NCBI GenBank assembly: GCA_044892505.1
Contig: CM097882.1
Location: forward strand, 432,636,001 to 432,700,000
Direction: 5' to 3'
DNA from: Schmidtea nova
Lineage: Eukaryota
Length of the DNA: 64,000 nt
Below are positions 24,490 through 38,060 of this stretch, in pieces (position 1 is the stretch's first letter; the number at the start of each line of letters is the position of its first letter). The translations under genes and the position numbers were made by a program. The notes below the pieces were generated by a model that did no database searches, was not told the origin of the DNA, and saw nothing but the letters and a program-made list of their open reading frames with translations.

Positions 24490-24830
24490 AATCAGTACGG
24501 CCGATGATCTGTACTGACGGAAGTAGACTAGGTGGATCGCTGTTTAGTTGAGGCCGATCAACTGATCAGCCTATATTTCCTTCTTAAGTGAGGCCTACAT
24601 ATCCATGATCACTTCATCCCTTACGTTGATGTTGGGGAACAGTGGCTTGGCCAAGGACAAGAATTTTTCAAATTATATTTTTATTGAAGTTTGATAGGGT
24701 ATTCAAAGACGCAAATGAATATGCTATTATAGTACTGTATTTATATTTATTTATATCATATAGTATCTGAATGAAAATTCATTCATTCATATTCATCATC
24801 AAGCCAATCAACTCACTTAATAACATTCTA
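24490..24830 (-). promoter_or_regulatory. Possible LTR-like promoter (ATTGG, TATAAATA) followed by GC-richer hairpins
   Basis: Minus strand: GATTGGC then TATAAATA; hairpins AGGCTGATC-agtt-GATCGGCCT and TCAGTAC...GTACTGA. No sequence match to motif B. Confidence 0.3.
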
Positions 24831-25465
24831 TAATAGTAATTATAGCGAGATTTATAATAGCCTAAAATATCAACTGTCCCCTAGCGCCTTTAAAGTTCTG
24901 TATCTTATTGATAATTCATAATAACGACCGTCATCATAAAATTCGAAAAGTATGGCAACCCCGGAATTAAGCGTTTTCCTATAATAAATTCCTATAAAGT
25001 TAGTATAGTATTATCGCTAATGTATCTGCTAGACTCTCATTCATTTAAGGGAATAAAATTTGGAAATTCTTTGGCTACGATAAAGCAGAAAACTTCATAA
25101 AACTTCATGAAAAACTTTCACAAAACACGCATTATATTTCGCTATTATACAAAATTGAAGTAGTTCAAAGTTTGAATTCATCATCATATCGGTTACACAA
25201 AAGGTAGAAAATCCCATAATAATGATAATTGAGTTCAAATAAATAGATTCCCATCCGAGTCGAAATCGGAGAAAAAGTTGAGGATCCTCTGTTGTAAATA
25301 AAACGAATTGAGAAAGCGAAATACAGATTCCGTGTGAATATTACGAAAAAGCAATGCGGCATCAGTTTGGTCTGTGGATTAGTCTTGTAGATTTGAGGAA
25401 TGGCGTTTTAGTTCGTGATGTATTGAGGGTTGGTATACTTAGTGAGCAGAATATTAAAATGTATT

Positions 25466-27790
25466 CAGAAGCGTATCTAGGACAGGGCAAACAGGGCATA
25501 AGCCCCGGGCGCCACTATTATAGGGGGACCGATTTGGCTTTTGATCAATTTTTAATTTAATTCTTAAAACGGTCTTTTGATTAATTTACGTTCAATTACA
25601 TCATCTTGGTTTGTGAAAAAAATAGCTAACGGTGTTTTTGTCAGTCGATCTTGGTTGATCTATTCACCATATAAAGAAGCCCTTTTTAGTTTCTGCTGTT
25701 TGATTTTTTGCAACGATAATTTTAAAACTGCATTTACTTCGCCAGCTGGCTTTAAAAATTGTAAGCATTCTGAGAGAATAAGTGATCACGGAAATAGCAT
25801 TACTCATCGTCAGATTTTCACTGTATAAAAAGAAACAGAACGAAGATTGATGCAAGTTGGTGGAATCGATAGAGAAATAGAATCGCAAATAATGTTAGAA
25901 AAGGATCGATTTTAAAAAGGTTTCTTTCATGCATAAAACTTTTGGTATTTCAAAATTTTAGGCCTCATAAAATTAATTGCACAGTATGATTTTTTGGCAA
26001 GTCATTTGGATTATTCACGCGAACATCCAGGATCAACATCGTATTTATCACCGGGTATACAAAATGAATTTATTCACATCATGACATCAACAGTTCGAAA
26101 TAGCATGCTTGAAAATATTAAAAAGAATAAATACACTGGCTTGATTTTTGATTCTACTCCTGATTTGCAACATCGAGAACAATTTTCTCAAGTAATTCGC
26201 CATGTTGAAATCGATTTCGAAAAGAATACAGTTGAAATTAAAGAATCATTTTTCAGAAATGATTTCTGATCCTTACAGAATCATGGAAAAGGATGCTGAA
26301 ACATTAGAAAGCACTATACTAAAATTAATAAAATATGATGGATTGCAGCTTTCGGACTGCCGATTACAGTGCTATGACAATGCGGCTGTTATGGCAGGTC
26401 ATGTTTCTAGATTACAACAAAGAATTTTGAAACTAAACCATCTAGCTATTTTTGTAAATTGTGAAAACCACAATTTAAATCTTGCTGGTCTGCATTCAGT
26501 TCAAATTGATCCAGTAATGTTAAGCTTTTTCGGTGTAATTGAACAAATTTATTTATTTTTTTCGAGTTCAACTAATCTTTGGCAAAAAATGGTTGATGTT
26601 ATGCCTTTAATTGTGAAGCGTGAATCAACCACACGATGGAGTGCTCAAGCGGAAGCTGTGAAAGCGATTTTCGTTGCAATTGATAAATTTGTCGAAATTT
26701 TTGAAGAACTATCTGAGAATAGTAACCAAACATTCGATACAAGAAGTGAAGCAAACAATTTAATTCAAAACGTATTGAATTTCAATTTTCTCTTTTTAAT
26801 TCATTTCTGGCATTGTATTCTTGAAAATATAGATCGTGTACAGAAACGTTTGCAAGATCCAAAAAAATAATTTTAAAGATGCATCAGATGATTTACAAGG
26901 ATTAAGCACACATATTCAGGAATTTCATGAAGATTTATGCTTACAATCACTCGAAGTTGGTAAGAAAAAGTGTTCTGAATGGTAGTGGAAATAAAAAAAG
27001 AGTGCGACATGTGAAAATGGGATATGGAGAAAAAACATATGATTCCGGATTAACAGCTGAACAAGAATTGGAACACGTCTTAAAATGTTCAGTTGATCGA
27101 TTTGGTCAAGAAGTAGAACCACGATTCAACCGTCTCAATTCATTAAATGTAAAATGTTTTCTTGGCATTGAAAATTTATTGAATTGAACTGATTCGATTA
27201 AGCTAAAAGTAAAGTGCTCAAATTTAGCAGCATTTTACAATTCAGATATCTATGCAATAAAATTACTGACTGTAAAATGTTTTTAAATGGGCGAAAAGAA
27301 GAAATACTGAAATTCTCAATCGATATTCTAAAATTTGTGATATCCTATGGTGAAGATGTTTTTCCATTGCAAATTCTTTTGACAATTGGTGTATCTTTTT
27401 CAACATTCGAGCGTTTTTTAAGCAAATTAAAACTAATTTTATTATATCTCCGTGCATCGATGGGTGAAGTCCGTTTGAATGATTTAGCATTATTAAGCAG
27501 AGAAAAATACAGTTGAAAAAATTAATTTTGATGATGTTATCGATAAATTCGCAAGTGTCAGGGCACGTAAAATTTGTTTATAATATAATAAAGTTTCATT
27601 TTCTTTGCAAAAATTTAAATTTCCTTGTTTTTCTATATTATTGTTAAATTGTAAAAAGTATTTTCACTTTATTTTTGCATAAAAAGTTTAATAACAATGT
27701 TTTTTGTGAACAGTAAAGGGTCGAAAATAAGAAGGTGTGCGAAAATTTATATTTTACCAGGACGCCGGAATTTTTAGAATGTATTTAATA
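25466..27790 (+). mobile_element. hAT (ZMYM1/Tip100-like) transposon, heavily frameshifted transposase at 25577-27580
   Basis: TTF finger SWLIYS...FCCLIF, LIFDSTPD, CYDNAAVMAG, VNCENHNLNL, STTRWSA, ERFLSKLKLI; left end CAGAAGCGTATCTAGG, right end decayed. Confidence 0.85.
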
Positions 27791-28199
27791 TCAGTATTTA
27801 ATATCTAGTTGAAATCCCTTGATAACAAATAAAGTGTAATAAGTTAGTGTAAATCATGGGAAAACGCCGTCTTCTACGTGCAAAAAAATTTTATTTTTTG
27901 AATTATCGTTCCTGAGTTTTGTTGTAAAATCGAAGGGCTAGTTAATAACGAAAGTTTTCCCTAAATCTTCTTAATTGGGTCGTATATAACACGTATTTGG
28001 GTATGATTGTGTAAATAAAATTAATACATAGACGATGTTTTGACTTCTGGTGTGATTTAACGCATGCCAATCAAATGGAATATTTAATTTTTATACATTT
28101 CCAATTAATTCATTCGAAACCCAACTCGAAAATTGAGACATTCAACGTCGATGTCAAGAATGTCTTGTTAGAATTTTCTCAAAACCTTTACATTTCCCG

Positions 28200-28640
28200 A
28201 GAATATTCGAATTGATTTAATTTTGCATGTGGCTTGTATATGTATATTTGGACATTATTCTGGAATAAATATCATACTGTTCGTATTTTGTTGTTTATGG
28301 TGCTTGATTGGGATAAATTAATAAATTTTTATTGATGTAATTTGTTATTTTGAATTACCGATTTAAAATTAGTATCCTTAGATAAATCGTCGAAATAAAG
28401 GGACAAAATGGGCATTAGACCTTCTATCAGTAGCCCTTGAACCCTCTGCGATGTTCGGTCATTCATAGTTTCGAATTTTTTGACGCTCACTATTTGCGAA
28501 CATCCACCAATTTGTTGCATTACCAACGTTAGTCAGTGACGGGCAACAAGATGGTTAGACTAATGATTTATGTGTTGAGTTGTAGATGTGAGCCATAACA
28601 AAGTCAATATCATATTGACTGTCAACAACCAACCACCTCT
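28200..28640 (-). repeat. LTR-like repeat with motif A (28420-28527); inverted homologue of 36608-37050
   Basis: Clear DNA similarity to 36.6-37.0 kb; stem GATGTTCG/CGAACATC encloses AGTGAGC...ACTA. Confidence 0.75.
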
Positions 28641-30626
28641 ACAATGGTATCACACTTGTTTGGACTCAGCCACCACGAAAGATATTGTTATTCAGGCTTG
28701 TAAGTACCCAGCCACGCAAGATAAACTAATTATTGATCAAAAATACATACGTTAGTATTTACTATTTTTATTATTTATTTATAGTATTTATTTATTACTA
28801 TATTTATTTATACTAATAATTAATAAAATCTAAATAAATAAGATCTTTCAATGTACATCAATGTCAAACTTAAAATGATACTTGGAGGTTTTCTTTTTAC
28901 TCGGAGTTTTTGTGCGCTCTAAGGCGTTATTTCGTTTCACTTAAACCAAAAGAGAGATAGCCAGATATATAAGTCATTCGCATTATTCATAATAAAGATA
29001 TGCTAGTAACGTTTACGAACCAAACTTTGGTTTGTTACTCCAATACATAGTAATAATAATAAAAATTAATGTTGCTCCTCAACTCGTTCTTTATATCAGT
29101 GCGTATGTTAACCTCCGTTTTGGATTACATCATTAATTCCACCCATCAAACGACCTATAAATACGCTTTAGTTAGCTTCTCTTAATGTGTAGATGTGAAT
29201 GTGTATAAATGATTTTAATACATTCCCGTTTACTACACATGGTTGGCCTCGAATTCCCCTTGGAATGGGTTACCTAGTTGATCAGAGAGGTCGTACTTTA
29301 TTCCCATGTGCCACATGGAATGTCTCACGCTGATGTACTGGTGTTAGAATAATCTCTGATTGGGTCATATTTCGTAAATTTGATTCTTGTAACTGTAACT
29401 GTTGAGTGCAATAAATTGAATTAATATCGGAGTCTACAAAAAATTCAAATGCTAAAATTTTAAATATTTAATAAATAACAAAGTAATTACTGTGCATAAG
29501 GGAACGCCCGGGACAATGGCTACATTGATAAAACAAAATGGCCACCAGTAGGGACATTACCGACTGGGTTTGAATAAATTTGGCTGCTAAGTTAAAGTTG
29601 ATAATACGTAATTCTTAAAAGTGCTTCACCAAAATAATGCTTTTTATTGTTTTTACGTCAGTATATGTTGACATTTTTTGATGACCTTGAACTACTGTAT
29701 TTAAACAAATATTCTGACTTCATTTATTTTGCTAATGATTTTTATTATATTTTCTTTTAAAATTTAATTCTCACAAATCATTCTAAAAATATTCTTAATA
29801 ATTTTATAATTTAATTAAATTTTCATTTAGTTTCTTAATTTATCAAAATTATCAAAATATTTAAAATTTTCATTTTAAATAACATAAAATATATCCAAAT
29901 TAGATATATCCAAATTTATAATTTTTATAGTAAATATTTTATTTTTCATGCTCTCTGCTTGCTCTTAGTCTTCTAGGGGATTTAGTGTTGTTTTCTGTCT
30001 AAATTCATGTTTACTTTTTGATATTTTTGGTTTATTTTAAATTTAAATGTGGTTTTATTTTTATTTATGTACTTATTGTCATTTATGTTAGAGGTTTTAT
30101 TAGGCGTCTGTGTCAAATTTTAAATTGACTTCGTGCACGTGTTCAGTTTTTGAGGTTTTCGCGTCATAAAAATAAATCATATAAATTTTTAGTTTATGCC
30201 CAACATGACTTTATATTTCAAAGAAACACCACATGTATGAGAAAATAAGCTCTTCGAAATGTATGAAATTTTCAGTGATTTATTGAATAATGTGATTTCA
30301 ATTGAAATTATTACTATTTATCGATGAAAGAAAAATCAAAAATGTTACTTTTCCAAGATCAAACAGTCCAAAATAGCAAAGAAAATGCCTCATCGAATAC
30401 TGATTGATCATTTAGCATTCAACGCACTAGATACCTCACGACAGAGAAATAAAGATAATTGAAAGACAATTAGTGACGAACGAGCTAAAAGATTTTATAA
30501 CATTGGAAATTAATATTAAAAATTTATTAATAACAGATCGCTTGACTCTAATAAAAGAATTTTATAAATTTAATACCGAAATAAATAGGTTGATTATCTT
30601 AATAAAGTATTTTTTGATTGAAAAAT

Positions 30627-32237
30627 TCAATGTCTGTTGTTTTGTTTATTATTTGCTATTTCATTGGCATTGCTACTGACTGATTTCCGGTTAGAAGTAC
30701 AAGTCGGAAGTTTGCTCTTAGTGCCGAAGTTGTTGCTTGGTTGAGTTTTGTTAATTTCCTGAATACTCTTTTGGCGCTTTATTGATGCAGTTTCGCTATG
30801 TTTTGTTGTTGTGATAGTTTTATTTGGTTTCTGAATTCCATTTACAACAAAACTGTTTCTAGTGTCGTTCCGAAAAGATTTAGCGCGTGAAACCTCTCCA
30901 ATGGTGGGTTTCATTGGGTTTTGCATATTTTTATCGAAATTCTGTTTTTCTAAAACAGTGTGCCTTCGAGGTAAATTAGTTGCATTATTTGACAAAGTTT
31001 GGACACTGGATGGATTTGGCTTACAAGTAGTGGAACCTGCTGCAATTTTCAGAATAGAATCGGACATAATTGGCCTGGTTGAGTATTTTGACCGACTTTC
31101 AACTACATTATGTTTACTTGTAGAAATTTCATTAGAAATTTCATTTTGAAATGATTTCACAAGGGTTGGAAGTTTTATTTCTCTTGGCTTTAAACTCCCC
31201 TTGTGATTAAAATTCGTCTTTTCAAGAATAGTTTGTCTTCGCGGTAAATTATTCGCAGATCTAGTAGCAATATTTGAAGAGCATGTCTTAGGCGATAGAA
31301 AATTGTCTGCCAATTGTATTTTATTTCTCAATGCAATTGTGGAAGATCTTACTAAGGTTTTTCTTGAATTTTTTAAATCTTTATCAGGAATTTTTATTAA
31401 ATTTTTATCTTCAATATTCTCAATAACCTTTTCTACTTTTTGAAAGTATTGGACAGGTTGAATTGTTTCATTTGAAAGATCTTGTTTCTTAAGATCAGAC
31501 ACAACTGTCACTACTTTTTGACTTTGTAAAGAATCTTTTTTCTGTTTTTCTAATACTTCACTGGCTGATTTTAAATATTTTTCAATGTTGAGAAAATTAT
31601 GACTATCATAAAGATTTTGTTTGGCATTACCGCAGGAAAATTTAATTTTACCAAATGAAAACACTTCCTCCGCATTAAATTCTTCTTCTTTGGACTGTTG
31701 ACTAACTGAATACAACCAATTGCTGGAGGTGAAATCCTGGAGTAAGAATTCATCTGTTTCTTCTTTGTTTTGATTATTTATTTCAACTTTGAAATCTTTT
31801 TTCGATTCCTCTTTTATGCAATTCGACATATCAATTGAATGGAAATTTGGCATTGATTTCTGCAATTCCATTTCAACTTTTTCTCCGTTTTTGGAATTTA
31901 TTTCTACATTTTTATAGACATTAGAATATTGAAGTACAGTGCTGGATTCATTAGCTAAACCAATAATAGAATTATGTAATTCACTTACATTTACAGTAAC
32001 CTTGTCACCTGTGGATAGTTTAAACTCAGAGTAATCTTTGATATCGTTTTGATATCTATCTGGACCTTCACTTAGGAGATTTGAATTGTTTCCAATTAAA
32101 TCGTCAATACCTACAATTAAGTTATCGGACCCCTCTGATAGCCAATTATCATAATTAATGTCACTTTCAAGAAAATTGTCAATATTCATACAATTTCTAA
32201 CATCAGTAATACCAAAACTTTTAATTTCCAGATCCAT
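30627..32237 (-). CDS. Uncharacterised 536-aa Ser/Lys/Asn-rich, probably disordered host protein (single exon or first exon)
   Basis: The only long uninterrupted host-like ORF; ATG start; internal repeat NNLPRRQTILEK/TNLPRRHTVLEK. Confidence 0.72.
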   Translation of the reverse strand: MDLEIKSFGITDVRNCMNIDNFLESDINYDNWLSEGSDNLIVGIDDLIGNNSNLLSEGPDRYQNDIKDYSEFKLSTGDKVTVNVSELHNSIIGLANESSTVLQYSNVYKNVEINSKNGEKVEMELQKSMPNFHSIDMSNCIKEESKKDFKVEINNQNKEETDEFLLQDFTSSNWLYSVSQQSKEEEFNAEEVFSFGKIKFSCGNAKQNLYDSHNFLNIEKYLKSASEVLEKQKKDSLQSQKVVTVVSDLKKQDLSNETIQPVQYFQKVEKVIENIEDKNLIKIPDKDLKNSRKTLVRSSTIALRNKIQLADNFLSPKTCSSNIATRSANNLPRRQTILEKTNFNHKGSLKPREIKLPTLVKSFQNEISNEISTSKHNVVESRSKYSTRPIMSDSILKIAAGSTTCKPNPSSVQTLSNNATNLPRRHTVLEKQNFDKNMQNPMKPTIGEVSRAKSFRNDTRNSFVVNGIQKPNKTITTTKHSETASIKRQKSIQEINKTQPSNNFGTKSKLPTCTSNRKSVSSNANEIANNKQNNRH

Positions 32238-32829
32238 TATAAATTTATGTAAAAATATATGAACAAATTTAACTTTCTAAACTAAATTTTCCTTATTATT
32301 TGGTAATTCTATTTCATCGGAATTATTAAAATTTTTTGAAAATAATTTTAAAGTTTTGTATGAAAACTTTTTAATATTAATTTTAAGTATTAATCATTTT
32401 ATAATTATATCATTGCTAACTTTCTTTTACTGAAATAATATTAATTCACATTATAACAAGACATCAGCATGAAATTTAAATTAAAATTTTTTTTAAAAAT
32501 AATATATATCAAGTTTAAATTTTAAAATATAATTATCAAAATTAAAATTTTTTTATCATTTATTTCAAGACTTTTGATAAGTATTTTTATTAATAAATAT
32601 TTTTGTATTAATCCCCAAATTTTTTTTAAATCAAATTTTGTGAACTTCAGCAACATCTCTTATTTTCACCATTGGTCTTTTTGTTTTTGTTCAGAAATTT
32701 TCATTATTTTTAAGACTAAATTAATATTTTATTTGGAAATTTTAGCACATTTTTTTCTTTTTTCAACTTATACGCACTTTTTCAAAGTTCTGACAATGCT
32801 TTAAGAGTCCTCGTGTGTTATTTTCACCA

Positions 32830-33450
32830 TATGGCGAATATGCTAGGATTCGCCTTAGGTAAGTAAACCGACACACCATAATAACTTTAGTTTCCAATTA
32901 TTTCCCATGGACCACATCAAACAAGCTATTCAACTGCACTCTAGTTTTATACTGATAACTTTTGCATCTTCATTGATTTTGATGGTAATATCACCAGATC
33001 ATAATGAGCTGAAGGACTCAGTACTTCGCTAACATGAAATTACCTTGTGTCAGAAGCACTGTTATCGTTATAGTAATCGGTCGCATTCTCAATTTTGACA
33101 TTAAGACTTAATACCTTCTCAGCATTGATGAAATATATTCTTTTTATAGCATGTTCATCTACAGTATTACTTAAGATGGGTGATTCGTCTTGTTTTTGAC
33201 AAAATACAGTCCATTTCTATCCATCGAAGATCGCTGGACAGATCATCAATTTATATGAACTTAGTCTTGTTTCACAGCCGTCATTAACAGCTGAGTGCTC
33301 ACACCAAATTGAACGCCTTTACTAGCAATTAACAAGTATGCTATGAGATTTTTCATTCTGCGACACTTAATAATAAAACATGTTCCTGCACCGATAAAAT
33401 TCATCGAGCCTCCCCATTATATCGAACACTTCATAGCAACAACCTATTTA
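32830..33450 (-). mobile_element. Very decayed Gypsy integrase remnant
   Basis: HSAVNDGCETR (compare HPQTNGxxER) and GPWEIIG (GPY/F-like) in different frames. Confidence 0.3.
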
Positions 33451-34737
33451 GCTTTGTCTTGTCCTTTCGAAAAATGACAAATGACATTTTCTGTATTTTA
33501 TTTTCCGTTAACTTTGAGTTTAACAGTAAGGGGTCTGAGTGCACGAGGTCAAATTCCAAGACCCTTCTATTGTGAGAAAATTGTTTTACTATGATTTTGG
33601 CTTACATCGTCCTTGTGTGTATAAATTATGATTCATCCATATGTAAATTTTGGCATCAAACATTTTTGGTCTTAATTTATAAGTGCAAATCTTTTAGCCT
33701 TTTCTCTGATTACGTGTTTGTGTGCGTTTTTTATGAGTACAGTAGGTAGAAGTGAAACGTCAATGCCTCATCTTTGCAGAACTAATATCTAGCCAAAACA
33801 TTTTTGTGAGTCCACGATGACTCGTCGTTTTTTCTTTGAAATATTTTCAAGTCACTTGATCTGATCAAGGTTAAATCAGTCATAATAAAAGTCATGGTTA
33901 TTAAGACAAAGGAATTTTTTGTATTTTTTTTCAAATTTTCAAAAATGTTTGACGTTTTTTCCTAAATTCTTTCTATTAATACACACACGCGTATCTAAAC
34001 CAGTATGATTATATGTTAGCGTCTACACCCATGACAAAATTGAGAGCTCGCGATGACTCATTATCGAAAATCTTTCTAAGTCAAGACTAACCCCCTTTAG
34101 ACAAATAAATATGTTACTAAATATAACTAAAAATATCCGTTTAACACACATTTTTTTGAAAATCGTTTTTTTCCGGGACTTTTTCTCTAGATAGATACAT
34201 ATATACAGACAAAAAATATCTGTTTAACATAGTGCCATCTCTTCCCTTACAGCTTGAGCCAAAGGTCATTTGAAAGATATCGTTAGTGTTTTGGAATCAT
34301 GAAAAAATTCTAAAACTTTTATCTCAGAAATTTTTTTTCATAAGTCGTTTCCAGTGTTCACTTTGTTTAAATATAGTTTTTGTGCCATATAAATTTTGAT
34401 AAGTTTAAGCAAAGAACAAATGAGATTAATGTTGTTTTATATATCAGCCTTTATTGTTTCAAGTTATATTATAATATAACTTGAAACAATTAATAATTAT
34501 TATTGCTCTTAAAAAAATTATAACTGATTCAAATTGGGAAAATTTCATGAAAAACGAATGTATTATTTTATTGTATACGCCATGGTGTCCCGCGTGTCAA
34601 AATGTTAAAACTGACAGTGGAATATTTTGCCATTGAAATTTCCCAACATAGCTCCATTAATGTTGACATTATTATGAATATTTGTGATGTGGGTGTTATT
34701 CATTCATTTATATTGCACATGTATTGCATTCAGCTTT

Positions 34738-34963
34738 AATATTTTGGCATTTGTACACAATTCCCCCACATTTGAGTTATTTTAGTATATGTGTGAATAA
34801 TGAGCTTTTGCACATAAAAACCATCACAAAAGATGTTCTGTTACTAAAGGTTCTGTTCGAAATGTTCTGCTAGTGGGTAAATTTTATGTGCAAAAGCTCA
34901 TTATTCTCAATTTTTACTAAAATAACTCAAATGTGGGAGGAATTGTGTACAAGTGCCAATATT
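34738..34963. repeat. Foldback/MITE-like inverted repeat, about 80-bp arms, spacer with 3x GTTCTG
   Basis: 34738-34819 is the near-perfect reverse complement of 34882-34963. Confidence 0.7.
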
Positions 34964-35318
34964 TTATTATTATTTTGTAAGTATTATTATATGAAATCGA
35001 TATGGTTGTATGTGTTAGTCATGCACTTGTATTGTATTTCGATTACATTCAGATTGCATTTGTATTTCATTTTTGATATTTTATTTTTTGATAATAATTA
35101 TTATATGAAATTGATGTGACTGTACATGTGATGCACGTGTATTGCAATCGGAATGCATTTATTATTATTATTCTTTATTTGATATAATTTTTTTTTGTAC
35201 ATTACCAATTTTTTTTAAAAAGTCAATTTATATTTAATGCATGTTCAAGTGAGAAGCCTTTAATCCAAAAAACATTACAATGTGGGTTTTGCTAACAAGG
35301 TCCTGCTAAAACTGTCAT

Positions 35319-35691
35319 TAATGGACATTGTTATTGAAAATGAAGTAAATTTGGTGATACCTAATGATTGAAATATGTTTCTTTAGGAAGCTCTTTAGAT
35401 CAAATATCACAAGATGTATGTAATGATATTTTGTGTGTATGTTTGTACTATAGTGTAAGAATATTTTGTGTGTAATGATTTCTGTAATTTCTATAGTATG
35501 ATAATTTTTCATATGTATTTACCCGCCCAGTCTTGTGTGATGATATTCAATGTTTTTCGTCTTTAATTTATCACAAAGACAGAACCTTGGTAAGCCCCCT
35601 TATATGATGGCTTTTGGAACATTTATCAGGAACATTTATCAATCATTAATTATCACTAAATTTACCTCATTTTCAATGACAATGTCCATTA
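35319..35691. repeat. MITE-like element with about 50-bp imperfect inverted arms
   Basis: 35319-35371 matches the reverse complement of 35640-35691. Confidence 0.5.
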
Positions 35692-36311
35692 TTATCATTT
35701 CAATGTAACAGCTTGATAGCATTAAAGTTTTCGATGAATTGATTGTTCATTAAAATGATTAGTTATTAAAATGATTCATCTGTGCAATATAAATGCAACT
35801 TATAAACAGTATTGATTGACGTGAATGAATAAAGAACCAAATAAAGTTTATTTTAAACATATTTAAATAAATTAATTATTTTAAACAAGGTTAAAATAAT
35901 TTCATTACTTTAGAAAAATGGAGCCATCAACTTAGAAATTAGATATCGCCATTCTTTCAAAATTATTTAATTCCTTCAATAATAAATTAATTAATATGAT
36001 TAATCCATGATGAAATTATCCAGTTTTATTATGACTCTTAATGATATTGATTCTACTGACTCCAATATAAACACCATTTTCTGGTCATGTATGGAATTTC
36101 GACTTGGAAAATACCGTACTCTTATTCGAACTTTCATGCTGAATGTGGATAGTTTAGAGTTAAAGGTCAACAATAAATTCGATGAAACAAACAAAAGTTT
36201 CTTACAAGTTCAATAGGTAATACCAATAGTTTCCATTTTAAATTTACCTTGTGGACACGTCATTATTTGTTCAAAATATTTCAAAACTTTTATAAGTTTT
36301 TGATGAATATC

Positions 36312-36312
<1 letters not shown>

Positions 36313-36392
<80 letters not shown>
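36313..36392. repeat. (TA)n microsatellite, about 40 units
   Basis: Direct observation. Confidence 0.99.
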
Positions 36393-36393
<1 letters not shown>

Positions 36394-36607
36394 CGTTGTA
36401 TAATTACATGTAATTTCATTTTTTTTACTAAAACAGATAGTAGAAAAGCTTCCCACTGGAACATACATTTCATATAAAATTGACTATAAATTTTTAATAA
36501 AAATTAACTTGTATATCAAATTTACTTAGAAAATTACTGAATTCATTAATTCATAATTAAAATTACTTGCTGATATATAGAAAATTTAATTATTTTACCA
36601 ATGATTC

Positions 36608-37050
36608 TGTTGGGTTGTTGACCGTCAATATGACCTTGACGTTGATGTGGCTCCTATCAATAACCCAATAGATAAAACATTAGTTTAATCATCTTGTTGC
36701 CCGTCACTGAGTAACGTTGGTAATGCAACAAATGGGTGGATATCCGCAAACAGTGAGCTTCGAAAAATTCGAAACTATGAATGACCGAACATCGCAGTGG
36801 GTTCAAGGGCTACTGATAGAAGGTTTAATGCCCATTTTGTCCCTCTTTCGACAATTTAACTGCAGATATCTAGTTTAAATTAGCAAAATGAAATAATTTC
36901 ATCGCGAAAAATTTATTAATTTCTCTCAATCAACCATTATACACGGTATTATCTCAAAACACAGGAGTTTTCGCGAATTCATTTTATTCGCAAGCTCATG
37001 CTCAAACATATCATCGCAATCTCAATTCGGGGATCGAATAATCTTTTATC
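36608..37050 (+). repeat. LTR-like terminus (TGTTGGG) with motif A at 36716-36823
   Basis: GTTGGTAATG...CAGTGAGC-TTCG/aaaaatt/CGAA-ACTA...GGGTTC...CTGATAGAAGG. Confidence 0.75.
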
Positions 37051-38060
37051 AACACCTATTTTCGGGGTATTTGATTTCTATTGTTTTTGACTAAACTACC
37101 ATTATTTTCCTGATGTTTGTAATTTTCTCTATACTTTTGTTAGTAAATTTAACTAAATTCTACTTACCCCCTGTGCCTAATGTCTATCGTGCTTGTTATT
37201 TTAGGATTTTCTCAAAATTTATTATTTGATTTTTCAAAAATCTGCTGAAACCTTAGCAACGACACTAATATACCTTCCCTAATTTACATGTGAATTTGAT
37301 TTTATTGATAATCTTCTTATTTACAAATCTTATTTTTATATCCTAATTTCAGATTAAATTTTAAACTAGAAAATTCGATCTCGACCACAATCCTATCAAA
37401 ACCCTCGGCGTTCCCCCGAAAAAGAAGAAATCTATATAAACGAAAAACAAAATTTCACGCGTTTTAATTGGCTACTCTATAATATGTAAATTTGATTTCT
37501 ATATCAGAATTTTTGATTTTAAATTATTTTAGATTTTTGAGACTTTTCTTTCTTACTGAATGGATCTAAGTAAGTTGATTTTTAGATTAATACCCCATAT
37601 CTAATGATTTTAATCGAAGAAATACCATTCAGTTTTCACGACAATAACTTCAAGTGGGTTCGATGAAATTAAGATCTGATTATTATTCCATTGTACTATA
37701 ATGTTCTGGCTATCGCCAAAAACAGTGCATAAGTGAATTTCTCTAGATTTAACTTGTTCAATTCAAATTGTCTACCGGTTCAGTTCAAACTTAGAAGATT
37801 CAGCGCTCTCTCTGGATTATTTTCTTATCTCTCTCTCATTTCTCGTACGGCTTCCCTTCAATCGTGTTAAGGCCATCCATTGTGTTAAGTTATTCGATGA
37901 CTTTATATTTTCGATCATAAATTTACTTATGGAAGTCGTCCCACCTAGGATGTGGCATTTTTTAGCCAAAAATTTTTGTCGAAACTATTGTAAGTGGTTA
38001 TTGTCAAAATATTTTAGTTTTTTAAATAAATCTTTGGTAGTTGAATTTTTATGAAGTTAA

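Noticed and set aside
28643-28655. TGGTATCA as a tRNA-iMet primer-binding site
   Set aside because: Only 8 nt match, offset from the repeat end defined by the 36.6-kb copy; insufficient alone.
36000-36216. Possible host exon (69-aa ORF)
   Set aside because: No recognisable domain and ambiguous splice sites.
36210-36473. YIYIYI-repeat ORFs
   Set aside because: Translation of the (TA)n microsatellite.
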